Below are positions 12,457 to 25,653 of a stretch of DNA of 64,000 bases, in pieces. The DNA lies in assembly GCA_964016885.1 (NCBI GenBank), contig OZ024741.1, positions 321,470,001-321,534,000 on the forward strand, in the 5' to 3' direction. The notes under the pieces are model-generated. The model was not told where the DNA came from, ran no database searches, and was given only the letters and a program-made list of their open reading frames with translations. Numbering within the stretch: position 1 is the stretch's first letter; every line of letters begins with the position of its first letter. Position numbers and translations under genes: made by a program. This stretch comes from Eledone cirrhosa. Taxonomy: Eukaryota.

Positions 12457-14966
12457 TCTATATATATAAAGGGAAGATGGACATTGTTTGGTGCTCCCAA
12501 CTTGCGTGCTACACCGTTCATCCAATTTTCATGAAACCTCACACATATATAAAACTCAACGCGTAGAGTGGAATAGGCTACTTGAAATTTTCGAAAAATC
12601 GATAATCGGGCCCTATGACAGAATGTTTTTCGATTCCAATGAAATTTTATGTGAATTCGAACACAAGAACTCTTAGTTTACATCTGGCGCAATAAAAATA
12701 AATTTCATATGCCCATATAAGGACGTGCGTTATTGATTGGACAGCCACCTGCATGTCTTCCCAGCTGTCTCATTAAACGACCGACCATTAAAGAGTTTAT
12801 CTTTTCATATTCCACCTTATTCAAGTGGAAATACAGTATTATCCCTATCTGAAAAGGGAACCAAATTTAATGGTGTCTTTTGTGATGCTAAAAGCTGTGA
12901 GTAAATTTTAAAACAGTCTTAAATAATCATGCTTTTTGAAAAAAAAAATTACTAAATAATACGTTGACCAAGTTGTATTGTACACATACAAAGTTGTAAA
13001 AAATGTTACTTCCGTACCAATGTTTTCCTTTTTTAAACAAAAGATTCTAAAAAATTACTTAATTTATAATAGTCTTTTGCACAGGAAGTGAGTAACTTTT
13101 CGGGTGTTTAAACGTAAGTTCACCAGGGTTTGTGTCTTCATTATTAGCCCACCTCTAATGGCATTTTTTGTTCTGCTTACGACTAAATGTTATGAGCGTA
13201 TTTGCAATTAATTGCGCACACGTGCACACCTGCATGCAGATAGACACTGACAGCCAATAAAAAATCGATAACTTGCTTATTAAGATATCGGTCAAAAAGA
13301 GAGATTGAATGTACTTTAGAACATTTTTTGAATATATTGTTCTTTTTGGCATGATATGTCAGAAATATAACTACTATACACTTTGGTTATTTTTTGTAAC
13401 TAAAAAACGGTTCCTTTTGGGTAGATACTTAACGAGAAAAATCCTAGGGTTTTGGACAAGTTTGTTTCAGGCGCTGTATAGACGCCTATTTTGTTACACC
13501 TCGTATTCTTTTCCAATAGATATTTTCCGCTCTATAAGGCTCACCAGGATATAATGCGTATCATTTAAAATCAGGTCCGCACAACGGCGTGTAAGGCCAA
13601 CCAGGAAAATGCTATCTTCTTTACTTTTAGTCTAGATCTATTACTTCTGTTAGAGCCGTGATTGATTACCATTGTATTATTTATACATAAGGCTCACCGG
13701 AGTATAAAGCGCAGAGCTGTTTTTTTATTAAATTTAATTATTTTAAGTGCAATTTATAGACCGGAAAATTCGGTAAGTTATTGTAATCATATTTCCAAAC
13801 CTTCCCATTCACCAGTAACCATGCTAACGAATCTGGTGTCATCTCTCTCTGTATTTAATCACCTCTCTCTAACCTAACAGCTTCGTTACACGTCGTTATG
13901 CCCACACGGAAACGTTCAAGACTTACCTCCAAAAAAGGTACAGCTACTGCTTTGAGACAACGAATTAGGCGTTCTCAGGTATGAGTTCATTCACAATTGA
14001 TTAATCCTTTATGCAATATTCTCCCTTAATGTTAGCAAGTACTGCGTTTATCCTAACTCTCACCACTTTTAAGCAACTACAACCTTCTAATCGTAGTTAT
14101 ATTAAATTTATTGTCTTACCTTGATTCCCTTTTGTTCATGTTAGACTTTTCTCATTTACTATTGACACTGCCATTGGCTTAGCTAACCAGTAGAATTAAT
14201 TAATTTTCTCTAGGAAACACCTGCTGAGCGGGAATCTCGACTCGCTGATAGACGTCTTTCCCGGCTGGTTGAGTCACCAACATCACGTACGACAAGGCTT
14301 GCTGATGTTCGCCTTCGTCGCCAACAAGCGCTGACGGAGGAATCACCAACATCCCGTCAGACGAGGCTTGAGGCTGTGGCAAAGGGCAATAACCCTAGAT
14401 ACAATTTTGATCAACTTTTTTTCACCTATAGTAAATTTACCGGGACAGATTTTTAGCTACTCAAATCTACTTCAGAGATCACGCATTGATGTAAAAAATC
14501 AATAAAACTGAAGCGGGGCTCGCTCAACTTTGCGCAAAAAAACAAGGCAAAGTTACACATGGGAAAACTTTTTACAGGAACGTCCTATATTCTTGAAAAC
14601 TGTCACAAAAGAGTCGCCATTATGCCGCGGTTAAGATAAAGGCCCTTTTAATTCTTCTTCTGCACATGTGAGCGCAAAAATTGTAAAAAAAAAAAAACCC
14701 TGAAAGTAATCGACATTTTCACCCTGCTTTAAATTAACTGAACATTCAATATCAAGCGATTTTGACTTCCGTCAGTCGTGCAGAGAACAATTTCAACGAT
14801 ACACTGTGTAACTACAATTAATAAATTACACACCTGTGTCTACTAACCTATTTTTTTTCATTGAAGTTCGAAGTTTTGAACCTGTGATGCGCGGGAAGTA
14901 ACTTTCACACATTCTAACAGACCAATGGTCGACTTACACCCGGGCAACGCCGGGTACTTCTGCTAG
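12457..14966 (+). mobile_element. Non-autonomous Helitron
   Basis: 5' A|TCTATATATATAAAG; 3' hairpin CCCGGGCAACGCCGGG then CTAG|T. The pairing of these two ends is inferred. Confidence 0.75.
13519..13773. mobile_element. Tc2/pogo-like MITE nested in the Helitron
   Basis: Imperfect TIRs ATTTTCCGCTCTATAA / TTATAGACCGGAAAAT and internal ATAAGGCTCACC repeats. Confidence 0.55.
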
Positions 14967-14975
14967 TATATATAT

Positions 14976-15368
14976 AAAATTAGAATTGGTGCTCTGAAAT
15001 AGCGATGTATATATGAATGTATATATAGTGTATTTTGCAATACACTCTATGCTTAATTAAAAGCATTTTGAAGACCATACGCTATTGTTTTAAAGTAGCG
15101 ACATTGTCGCTTACTTAAATTTTCGGCAGACAGGGGGAGATAAGTTGACAGCTCTGTTTCGTACTTTTTGGTACTTATCAAAACTCACTACTCTCCCTGT
15201 CTGCCGAAAATTATGTGTGTTGGATTCTTATAGAATTCCAGTAACAATCAGGAACTGATTTTACAGAGCGGTCGCCGGCCCAGCAGAAATTGAAAATTAA
15301 AATTGGTGCTCTGAAATAGCGATATATATATGAATGTATATATAGTGTATTTTGCAATACACTGTATG
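14976..15368 (-). mobile_element. Retrozyme-like insert, 317-nt monomer with about 75-bp terminal direct repeat
   Basis: AATTGGTGCTCTGAAATAGCGAT at 14984 and 15301; one internal HHR. Confidence 0.8.
15142..15186 (-). ncRNA. Type I hammerhead, U3-A8 core variant (GUC site)
   Basis: Reverse complement: GAGTT-TTGATAA-GTAC caaaaa GTAC-GAAA-CAG ag CTG-TC-AACTT, sitting on top of a further stem of about 20 bp. Confidence 0.85.
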
Positions 15369-15625
15369 GAGACGTTCCCTGGCAATGAACGGAAAAAAGC
15401 GAAGATAATGCGTCATTATGTGGAGCGATGAGAACAATTTCACGCAAAGACAAAACCACGTTTATGGTATAAATGAAGCCGTAGACTAATATTCTATTAA
15501 GGAAACCGAATGATTCTCCGCTTCAGAGTTAAGAATAATGTAAATAAACTACAGAGGTTATTGAAATCAACAATAATTAAATATAATTAAATATAAAATA
15601 TAATTAAATATAAATATAAATATAA

Positions 15626-16322
15626 TCTATATATATATATATAAAACTGAAGATGTCTGTCTGTATGTGTGTGTGAGAGAGTTTGAATCCCTAAAACTCG
15701 AGAAGCACCCAACCGACTGTTTTCAAACTTTACACATGTAATACTTATGTTTCAGTGAGTGTTCTGAGCAAAATAAATTTCAAATTTTCCCTAGGCGATC
15801 TCTCTCTATAATTCTTAGTCTTTCTCTTTTTAGATAGATACATACATATAACGTCGCGCCCTTAATTTTCTTGATCCACTAGGCCCGCATTAGGTGAAAA
15901 ACTGCGTTTTTCAGGTTTTTAGGGGTTTTTTGACCGATTTCCTTGAAATTATAACTATGTATTAGTCAGTCTCTTCTTCATACCGTGAGCAAAGAAAACT
16001 TTTTTATGGCCTAGCGCACGCATTAGCTGAAAAACCTCATTTTTTTTCAGGTTTTTAGTGCTTTTTCAGGCGTTACGCCTAGCCGATTTTCCAGAAATTT
16101 CAAGGCATATTATGCACATTAAAAAAATCATTTTCTTGATCCCCTAGGGCCCGCATTTTTCCTGCTTCATCGAGGAAAATCTTAAAGATTATCCAGCCAT
16201 CAGAGTATTCGGTTTATTTTCTTTACATATTGTCCAGGCATGCAGTTTTTCCACGATTAGGTCTGTTGGCAACCCGCGTTCCAAAATACCTTATGCCGTG
16301 CAACGCTGGGTACCACTGCTAG
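15626..16322 (+). mobile_element. Non-autonomous Helitron
   Basis: 5' TCTATATA...AAACTGAAGATGTCTGTCTG; 3' CCGTGCAACGCTGG...CTAG|T. Confidence 0.75.
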
Positions 16323-16450
16323 TTAAATATAAAAAGCGTGTAACACCGCTCCAAATAATGATGCATTATCTTCGCTTTTTTTCCGTTCATTGCCAGGGAA
16401 CGTCTCCACGAACCAAAGTATCGTCTTCCTGTTTTCCTTCGGTTGCAACG

Positions 16451-17130
16451 TGTTTTATTGATGGCGCACTATCTCTCTCTGGTGTGTTACCTTTTCAACA
16501 TATTGTATTTTAAAGAGCTCAGGATTCCTTCTCCTTTGAGCCCATTATTGACAGGGAATAACGAGAGTCTATGGTTCCGTTAATCTATCGTGATATTTCG
16601 CTCCTTATAACAGTCATTCCTCTCTCTCTGTTTGGTTGAGCACACTCCTCTGAGTGGTTTTGAGCTGCCCTTTCTAGCAGCTCGTCCCTCAGACACCACT
16701 GGTTCCCTGCCCTAAACACGCTGTGACTTCTCTCTCCCACGTGTAACTGGACAGTCGCTTTAAATTCTCTTAGTGTTGTCTGAAATGTATAGCCTTACAC
16801 ACGCTGATGAACCATGGGCTATTTATTTCTGTCAACAAATTATTGGCGAAACAGATCTCTTTGGATTTGTACGTGTGTTTTATATAGTTATAGAGGTTTG
16901 TATATACACTTTAATTTATATTTTTAATTACTGTGTCTAGCCTGCCTTTCATAGGTTATAGATTCCATACACTGGTGGTTTTTCCCTGTTTTATTGATGA
17001 CGCACTATCTCTCTCTAGTGTGTTACCTTTTCAACATATTGTATTTTAAAGATCTCAGGATTCCTTCTCCTTTGAGCACGTTATTAACAGGGAATAGCGA
17101 GAGTCTATGGCTCCGTTAATCTATCGTGAT
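16451..17130 (+). mobile_element. Retrozyme-like insert, 536-nt monomer with about 143-bp terminal direct repeat
   Basis: 16451-16594 is repeated at 16987-17130; central HHR; ends in (TA)n. Confidence 0.8.
16797..16878 (+). ncRNA. Type I hammerhead with full stem III (GUA site)
   Basis: ACACACG-CTGATGA-[cca...tgg]-GAAA-CAGATC tctttg GATTTG-TA-CGTGTGT; perfect 7-bp stem I. Confidence 0.9.
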
Positions 17131-17215
<85 letters not shown>

Positions 17216-17219
<4 letters not shown>

Positions 17220-17562
17220 TGATATTAAATAAATGGAAACTATATTTATAAAACCATATTTATTCTATTATATATATTTCAACGGTACCAAAATTTAGGT
17301 ACGCTATCATCAGATAAAATACAAAATGTTTTATAAATATTTGACATGACCAAAGATAATATACCTTAACGGTTCAAGTTATCACTTTCCAGGGATAACT
17401 TGAACCGTTAAGGTATATCATCCTTGGTCATTTCAAATATTTATAAAACATTTTGTATTTTATCTTATGATAGCGTACCAACATTTTTGGTACCGTTGAA
17501 ATTTATATAATAGAATAAATATGGTTTTATAAATATAGTTTCCATTTATTTAATATAAATTG
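17216..17562. repeat. Fold-back palindrome (about 165-bp arms) containing an HHR
   Basis: Inverted arms around an apex near 17388; the right-arm core is mutated (CTTATGA). Confidence 0.9.
17264..17318 (-). ncRNA. Type I hammerhead (AUA site)
   Basis: Reverse complement: TTTAT-CTGATGA-[gtacc...ggtac]-GAAA-TATATA-TA-ATAGA. Confidence 0.75.
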
Positions 17563-17647
17563 AATACTTACTCCAAAAACTGTCGAGTGCTTTGAATCAG
17601 TTGTAAACATCTATATTTGTTCGATTTCCAACAAATTAAATATCTCT

Positions 17648-17680
<33 letters not shown>

Positions 17681-17681
<1 letters not shown>

Positions 17682-18100
17682 GAATAGCTTTCACCGTATT
17701 TTTGACTAAAGGAAATTAGCCTGATAATGGGGTTTAGAACCCTCAGATAAATGGAAAAAGGTGAGTATTGACGTACATGGGAGTCGAACCCACATCTTTG
17801 GTTATCGCGACCACTGTGCTACCATTACACCAACACATCACCCATCTCTCTCCATTCAAATTAGAAGCTACATTCTTAGCGAGTTTAAATGGCAAGTAAG
17901 TATGTTTTGAAACAGTGAGCAGGTTTGAAATTAGAAAATAGAATAGCTTTCACCGTATTTTTGACTAAAGGAATTTTAGCCTGATAATGGGGGTTCTAAA
18001 GCCCATTATCAGGCTAAAATTCCTTTAGTCAAAAATACGGTGAAAGCTATTCTATTTTCTAATTTCAAACCTGCTCACTGTTTCAAAACATACTTACTTG
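17681..18100. mobile_element. 259-nt-period insert with internal tRNA-like segment (-, about 17772-17833) and a terminal 100-bp fold-back
   Basis: AGAATAGCTTTCACC at 17681 and 17940; A box TGGTGTAATGG and B box GGTTCGACTCC on -; hairpin 17893-18100; related copy at about 35755-35875. Confidence 0.7.
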
Positions 18101-18939
18101 ATATATATATATATATATATACGTACATGTATATATGTATGCGTGTGCATATATATATATATAATGTTATACTTTGGGAGGGTCATGTTGCCAATAAGAA
18201 ACACACGCACCAGTTGCTTTCACTCCAATTTATTATAAATTAAATTATAAATTTTAAAAAATTTATAAATTTCCGGTTGGTTGGTTCCACAACCAGATGG
18301 TTGTTCATATATTGTCAAAGTTCTTTCGTCACACATTCTGTGTCCTCTTCAGTGACTGGGGATTCTTTTCTTTGTTTTTATGCCTCTCCTTTGTTCTGTC
18401 CTACATCATCTTGTTTATATATATACATATATATATATGCACACACATACATATATACATGTATGTATATATATTTATTATTTTATTATTATTTTATTAT
18501 TATTTTTTTATCTTTATTATTTCCACTTTTATCCTCCTTTATATTTTACCTTATTCTTACTTTTATACCTTATTATATGCCTTATTATACACTATTAATT
18601 ATAGATTATTATTATTACTCTTTTTCCATTTCTAATTACCTCACGTACTTTCTCCTCCGCTATATATATATATATATATATATTGTACGCCCTTTGTGTT
18701 TGTGTAGCCTCTGCGCACCCTCTGCACCATACTATCGACGCCACCCCATCTATGGTTCAGCTAACCACCCGACTCCCGGGAATGAATATGACCGCAGCTA
18801 GTAAACAAGGACCCACACCCCACCCTCCCGCACCAAAATTAGACTTATCGTCCCCTACTTTTGCTCTTTACTCTCTTTACTCTTTGTTCTTGAATGTTTG
18901 GTTGGTAGAGTCCATAACACCAATCAAACCCCTTTTATA

Positions 18940-18984
18940 GCTCTGACGAATCCTACGGTTACGTAAGGAAGAAACATTGTAAGC
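18940..18984 (+). ncRNA. Minimal type I hammerhead (GUA site)
   Basis: GCT-CTGACGA-[tcctacg...cgtaagga]-GAAA-C att G-TA-AGC, followed by AATAAA. Confidence 0.8.
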
Positions 18985-19262
18985 CAATAAAAATATTTTG
19001 ATGTTGTAGACGCTCTTGTGTTCTTTTTCATATATATATATACATATATATATATATACATATATATATACATATATATACATACATATATATATACAAA
19101 CATGTATATATGTATGTGTGTGCATATATATATATGCATATATATATATATATGTATATATAAATATGTATATATATATATATGTATGTATATACTTATG
19201 TATGTATTTATATATGTATGTATATTATATGTATATATATATATATGTATGTATATTATATG

Positions 19263-19342
<80 letters not shown>

Positions 19343-20499
19343 AAGTGTGAAGAATAACATGGTCAACAGTACAAGAAGGGTTTTATTTACAGTATTAACA
19401 ATTGCTTCATTGGTTAAGTTGTCTAAAAAATTTTAATCACTTGAAGTTGTGTCACTCAATTTTAAATAAAATGCATGCTTAACCATATCATCAGAAAAAA
19501 CTGTTTGAAATTATACACGGCGTTTGTAATATACTAGGGAAATTCAAATTACAACATCAGTAATAAAGAAAGAAAAAGAAAAAAGAAAAAGACAGAGAAA
19601 AAGAAAGAAGAAAAAAGATAAAGAAAAAGAAAAAGAAAAAAAGGAAAGAATAATAAATAAATAATAATAAATAAGTTATAATGAAGATGATAAAAAATAA
19701 ATTTTAAAATGTATGTCTGTGAAGGAAAGTAAATATATGATTGTTGAAAATAGTTGGGGTGTTGGTGGTTAAAACATAAAGATGTGATGGTATAAACATG
19801 AAAATATTAAATATATACATATATGTATTGGTAAAATTAATCTACTATATAAATTGGAAGTGGTCGGACGTTGTATATTTAAGTAAGTAGGTGTAGTCGG
19901 ATAAACGTCTAAACGTCTTGGTGGAATGCAGCGAAAATTTACACAGTTATGCAGAATGACCCGAGGAGAGTCGACTTTTAGGGTACAAGCTTCCATGGTT
20001 ACGGAGAAAATCGATGAAACAGGAATTTCCCATTCAAATTGAACTAAGAGTAATCTGTGAACGCAGAAGTAAATATTTCGATAAACGTTCCAACCGAACG
20101 AAAACAGGAAGACGATATTTTGGTTCGTGAAGACGTTCCCTGGCAATGAACGAAAAAAAAAGCGAGGATAATACGTCGTTATTTGGAGCGAGAAGAACAA
20201 TTTCATGCAAAGGCAAAACCAAGTTTATGGTATAAATGGAGTCGTTAGACTAATATTCTATTTAACATAACAGAATGATTTCCAGCCCCGGAGTTTAAGA
20301 ATGATGTAAATAAAATTGAAAACGAAAATGACAGGTTATTAAAATAGTAAAAGTAAATAGTGAAGATTTAGGCCAGTACATACGTATGCCCCGACGAACA
20401 TGCACATATGCACATACATACGCACACACAAATACATACCCCCCCCCCACACACACACACACACAAACACACACACAAACACACACACACGAGCGCGCG

Positions 20500-20915
20500 C
20501 GTGTATAAACCTTATGCATTTCTACAGTATTTTCACCAAACTTAAGACATAGGTTACTTATGTACTCCGGATGGTCATGGGCACTTTCATTTTTCCAGAT
20601 ATTGATTATAGGGCCTCGCGGCAGATAACCCCTTTAACCACTTCCTTGGAGTCGACTGAAGAACTGCAGTGCAATGCAAAGAAACGTCATAACTTCTGGA
20701 GTTCGCAACCGATTTTCACAAAACTTGACACATGGGCTACGTTTGTCCTACAGATGAATGTGAACTCTCAGAATTGGCACATATTGAGCAGGGGGCCCCT
20801 GGGGGCAGAAACCGTCTTTTGGAAAAAGCCGATGATTTTGTAAAAGTATAGTTTTCGAAGTAGCACTGAAGTATTGACATAAATGGTATACACAACTGCT
20901 GGGTACTTCTGCTAG
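20500..20915 (+). mobile_element. Helitron-type fragment (3' end)
   Basis: Ends GGGTACTTCTGCTAG|T, like the element ending at 14966. Confidence 0.55.
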
Positions 20916-21067
20916 TAAATTAATAAATTGGAAGTTATGTTAGAAGTGAAGAGAATACGATAGAATATAATGTAAGAGGTTCACTATTATTACTCCAAGA
21001 TTAACTTGCATATATGCACACACATACATATATACATGTACGTATATATATATATATATATTGTATT

Positions 21068-21621
21068 CATGACTGAATACAATAAATGTAATCTGAGTTT
21101 TTCGAATAATAATAATAACATTCGATTCGTTTGCAATTATGCAAACAAGCCTCAATTTTATAGCCATGTCAGTAGAATGAACACTTCATTCTTGCTCTTG
21201 TGTTGGCATGTGAACAGAACTGCAGACACTAATGTTTCTGGGTATCACCCTTCATCAGTACAGCTCACTGTTCACCTGCCAAACTGTCAGAGCTAGTGAA
21301 AATATATGCTATTTTCAAAAATACACAGTGACTGATCAACCTGATTTGCATATTAGCAGACTGGCTGATCAGTCAGATCTGCATATTAGCAGATCCACTG
21401 ATCAGCTAGATTTGCATATCAGCAGACGAACGATAAATGGCCGGCTTTGCCAAATCCAATAACAAAGAAAACTTTTTTCGCTCTGCATGACTGAATACAA
21501 TAAATGTAATCTGAGTTTTTCGAATATTAATAATAACATGCGATTGGTTTGCAATTATGCAAACAAGCCTCAATTTTATAGCCATGTCAGTAGAATGAAC
21601 TCTTCATTCTTGCTCTTGTGT
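21068..21621 (-). mobile_element. Retrozyme-like insert, 418-nt monomer with about 135-bp terminal direct repeat
   Basis: CATGACTGAATACAAT at 21068 and 21486; one HHR; (TA)n on both sides. Confidence 0.85.
21220..21263 (-). ncRNA. Type I hammerhead (GUC site)
   Basis: Reverse complement: CTGTA-CTGATGA-A-GGGT gat ACCC-A-GAAA-CAT ta GTG-TC-TGCAG. Confidence 0.9.
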
Positions 21622-21641
21622 CTGCTAATATTCAAATTAGG

Positions 21642-21731
<90 letters not shown>

Positions 21732-21734
21732 CAG

Positions 21735-21799
<65 letters not shown>

Positions 21800-23812
21800 A
21801 TATTTGTGAATGAGAGAGAAAGAAAGACTAAATAGATAGATAATAGATGTGAGGTCTCTGTGGGGTTTGAACCCCTGTTTCTTCGTTGTAACACAATGTC
21901 GCGCGTTTTCCACAGAAATATACCAACACTTTGAATGGACATCCATTGGTTTCGTTAATAAGTGCTCCAATTGTACGATGAACGGAACAGCTTGCTCCTG
22001 AAATGTACGTGTAAGCATTCCAGAGGCACGTTTATCATTACATTAATTATCAGGGAGATTCCTCATAACACAGCGTGGGACAAGGCTTGCCCTTTAAATC
22101 AGAGGTGCAGTCTATCCGACGGGCCTTCAAACAGTTTTCCATCTAACCAATTCACAAGGTAAAGGTCGACCCAAAGCTATGGTAAGAGATACTTTCACAA
22201 GATGCCACGCAGTGGGATCGAACCTGGGATATGATGATTGCGAAGCAAACTCCTTAATTTTTTAGTGATGCCGCATCACCTACCTACACATACACCCACA
22301 TGAACATACGGGTAGTTCCATACCAATAAACATCGAGTCAACGATCTGAGTAGACATTGGGCTATACAATGGCAACACCAACACACAGAATATTGAGATC
22401 GTATTCAATGCGACCACATGTACAGCATGTGTCTCCACAGCCTGTGGAATTAGTGATACAAAATATTGGTTTATTACTGCATGGAAGAAAATACACATAC
22501 ATACTCACATACACACACATCTGCAGATGTAGATGTACGCCCACACAGACATATACACATATCCATAGAAATACAGTCTCTCATCTACACACACGAACAT
22601 TTACACACACACACGCACCTAAACACATGTACGCATCCATAGAAACAAAGTCACTCATCTACATACACAAATATTTACAAACACACACACACACGCAGAT
22701 TCGCATTATCACACTCAATTAAACACATATAGATTCACATAATTACACTCATTGAAACACTTACACACATGCACACATCCATAGAAACAAAGTCACTCAT
22801 CTATACACACGCACAAATACACACACACACTCTCTCTCTCTTTTACATACACACAAGCATTCAACGATAGTGATAAGACTAGATATAACAGAGTGTTATT
22901 GACGTATTGTGATTGATCGACCTGAACTCTGCTGAGCAACAATTAAGATTGTCAGGAAGTGAAGAATGCAGTCTTCTCCCGATCAACCGTGAATGGATAA
23001 GTGGAGAATAATAACTATTACTTCTAAAGAAAATTACTGTTATAACAGTGTGTAGAATTCACAGTCTGATGGACGTTTTAAATTACGACTTGTGTTCCGA
23101 GATAGAACTGTATGCATTTAATTACAGATATAACTTCTGGCATAACTTCATTTGTGAATCTAATATTTGGTTGAATTTAATAATGTGTGAATGTTGCGGT
23201 GGTGACGTTGGTGTATGTATGTATGTGCGTATATTTGAATATATGTATATGTGTGTGTGTGTGTTCCGAAAATAGATATTATTAAACATGCGGGTATTTA
23301 AGCCAAGCTCAAATTCAGCTTCACCCGCTTCTCAGCCATGTTCGTTCGCGCTCTGTCTATTGTCTCTCAGACACTGGACAAGAGAATCAGTTGCGCTAAT
23401 TAACGATAATCGATGCTTCAGTAGTCAAGTCAAGACGTGGTACAAGGCGCCATCTTATCTCGACCAACATCTCCGTACTCACACATTCACTCACAAATTC
23501 CAACATATCACAACAAACACTACATTTAGCAACCTGTTGATGAAACATTAACTGTTATATAAAACCTTTAACGTATTCCGCTGGCGTTATATTTTGCTAC
23601 ATGGTATCGTTGTGTACCATAATTCCAATACAAAATATCAAAAGTAGTAGTTTAGTTCCCTTATTGATCTGTTTCGAATCATTGTTGGTCCTGATCGTTT
23701 TTCAACCACACCAATCAACTCGTACAAGACACGCCAACTTATCGTCGACCAACAACCACTACCAACAACACTTCAGTTAGAATGGTAACATACCAACATA
23801 CTAACATAACTA

Positions 23813-23888
<76 letters not shown>

Positions 23889-24063
23889 ATCCCTTGCGTT
23901 ATCGTTATGGAAGTAATGAGTACCCGAAAATTTTGTCGTAAGATGAAACAATTTTCCCATTGATTTTCGAATATTTTTTATCGAGAAAAAAATAATAAAC
24001 AAGCAATACAAAGATATATATATGTGAAAAACCAATTTTTAAAGATGTATACATGAAAATATG

Positions 24064-24778
24064 TGTGGTTAGAAAAAGCTACGTTCACCGTTCCATCTAA
24101 TTCTTGCCAGCTTAGCAAAAGCGGCTAACGGTCCCTCCGCGAACGCTTCCATCATGCGCCTCTCGATATTTTGCGCATCCCTTTAGCTGTGTTCAACCAT
24201 TTCAAGGAAGAGTACCAACGCGCCCCCCTCGAGGTACAGTGCCATGAGGCCAGCCACATCTTCAATCTTCTGTAAGCTTGCGACCAGCCAGGCTTTTCGC
24301 AGCCAAGCGACAACATCGCCTTCACCGGTAAATGTCCTAATCGCTTCGCTCGTTCGTAGTCTCATCGCCATCCTAATTTGTCTTGCGGTACGTAATAAAA
24401 AAAAAAACAGACTCCTCTCTGTTTTTCCAGTAGCTTTCTTTTCGAGAAAGTTTTTTGTTTTTTTGTTTTTTTATCAGATCTCAGTTTCCAGTGCCGAAAT
24501 AGCTTGTGGTTAGAAAAACCTATCTCATTTACCACTGTTCATAGGCGCCGCTAAATCCCATGGCTGGTTTCTCCTCTTCCACGTGCGTATGACCCAACTC
24601 ATTAACACCGGGAGCTGCCAAACTCGCGTCCACCAAGTTCCTCATCACCGCTAGAGAGAGGCCGACCTGCTGGCCCTTCCGGTCGAGCACCCTTCCGGCC
24701 AAGCACTCTTCCGGTCAAGCACTCTTCCGGTCGAGCACTCCCTAGCTTCCGGCCACCGCACACCACACCATACCCACA
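24064..24778 (-). mobile_element. Internally deleted LTR retrotransposon (5' LTR 24505-24778, gag N-terminus, tip of 3' LTR)
   Basis: TG...CA LTR; TGTGGTTAGAAAAA at both 24064 and 24505; 5-bp TSD ATATG (24059-63 and 24779-83); gag-like FTGEGDVVAWL..LYLEGGAL. Confidence 0.8.
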
Positions 24779-24957
24779 ATATGTTAAGGAATAGTAAGAA
24801 TCGTAATACCGTTTTAGTTCAAAAGATGTTCACTGTTGTATGGGAGGGGTGAATGAGCGTTGCAAGGAGAATGACGGATACTATTTTTTATCCTACAGTT
24901 TATCATCATCATCTGCTTAGGGTAGGGAATGCTTGTTGTTTATGGGATGTCATCTCT

Positions 24958-25409
24958 TTGCATATCGAGTGAGTTAATCGGCCGGGCGCACCGAAAACGA
25001 TAAACAGAAAAAATGAAACGAAGTTTCATTTCTCACTCTTAGTACGGCTGTTACTTAAATATAATTATGTATACGTACATACATATATGTATACAGACGT
25101 ACAGTAGTATGTATATATATACATACATGCACACATATATATATGTACGTATGGATTTACCGAACAAAGGGGCAACGATGGTTGCTAAACACTGTACGGC
25201 TTAATTGGAGATGTTTGTTTACAAACACACCGAGCATTATAATAAATGTTCGGTAAATCCATACGTACATATATATATATGTGCATGTATGTATATATAT
25301 ACATACTACTACACGTCTGTATACATATATGTATGTACGTATACATACTTATATTTAAGTAACAGCCGTACTAAGAGTGAGAAATGAAACTTCGTTTCAT
25401 TATTTCCGT
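24958..25409. mobile_element. Second, diverged inverted insertion of the 422-nt family (HHR segment missing)
   Basis: - arm 24958-25166 and + arm 25176-25409 match 2676-2890 and 3474-3708. Confidence 0.85.
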
Positions 25410-25572
25410 ATATATATATATATTAATATGTGTAGAAGTAAACACAGTAAACTCGTGTCTAAAATTACGAGGGTAGATTACACCACAAATGTTATATATC
25501 ATTCAACCTGAATCATATGGGATTTTACAAGATTTCTCATACATACCATATCAATAACCATTTCATCTCCCG

Positions 25573-25653
25573 AACAGACTAAAGATTTAATCAGTTTCGC
25601 CCTGAATGAATCGTGCTTGTAACAAGTAATCCGTAGGCATTTCGTCAGTATTT
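25573..25653 (-). ncRNA. Type I hammerhead with extended stem II (GUC site)
   Basis: Reverse complement: AATA-CTGACGA-[gcct...gggc]-GAAA-CTGA ttaaatct TTAG-TC-TGTT, in a 300-bp insert between TA tracts. Confidence 0.7.

Noticed and set aside
17772-17833. tRNA gene
   Set aside because: A/B boxes and a T-arm are present, but no convincing acceptor stem; embedded in a repeat, so treated as tRNA-derived.
18258-18320. HHR-like TTGACAA...GAAATTTATA on -
   Set aside because: Stems I and II are not convincingly formed.
21330-21425. Clustered ATTTGCAT octamers as an snRNA or histone enhancer
   Set aside because: They form a 33-bp internal tandem repeat of the 418-nt element, and no snRNA gene is recognisable nearby.
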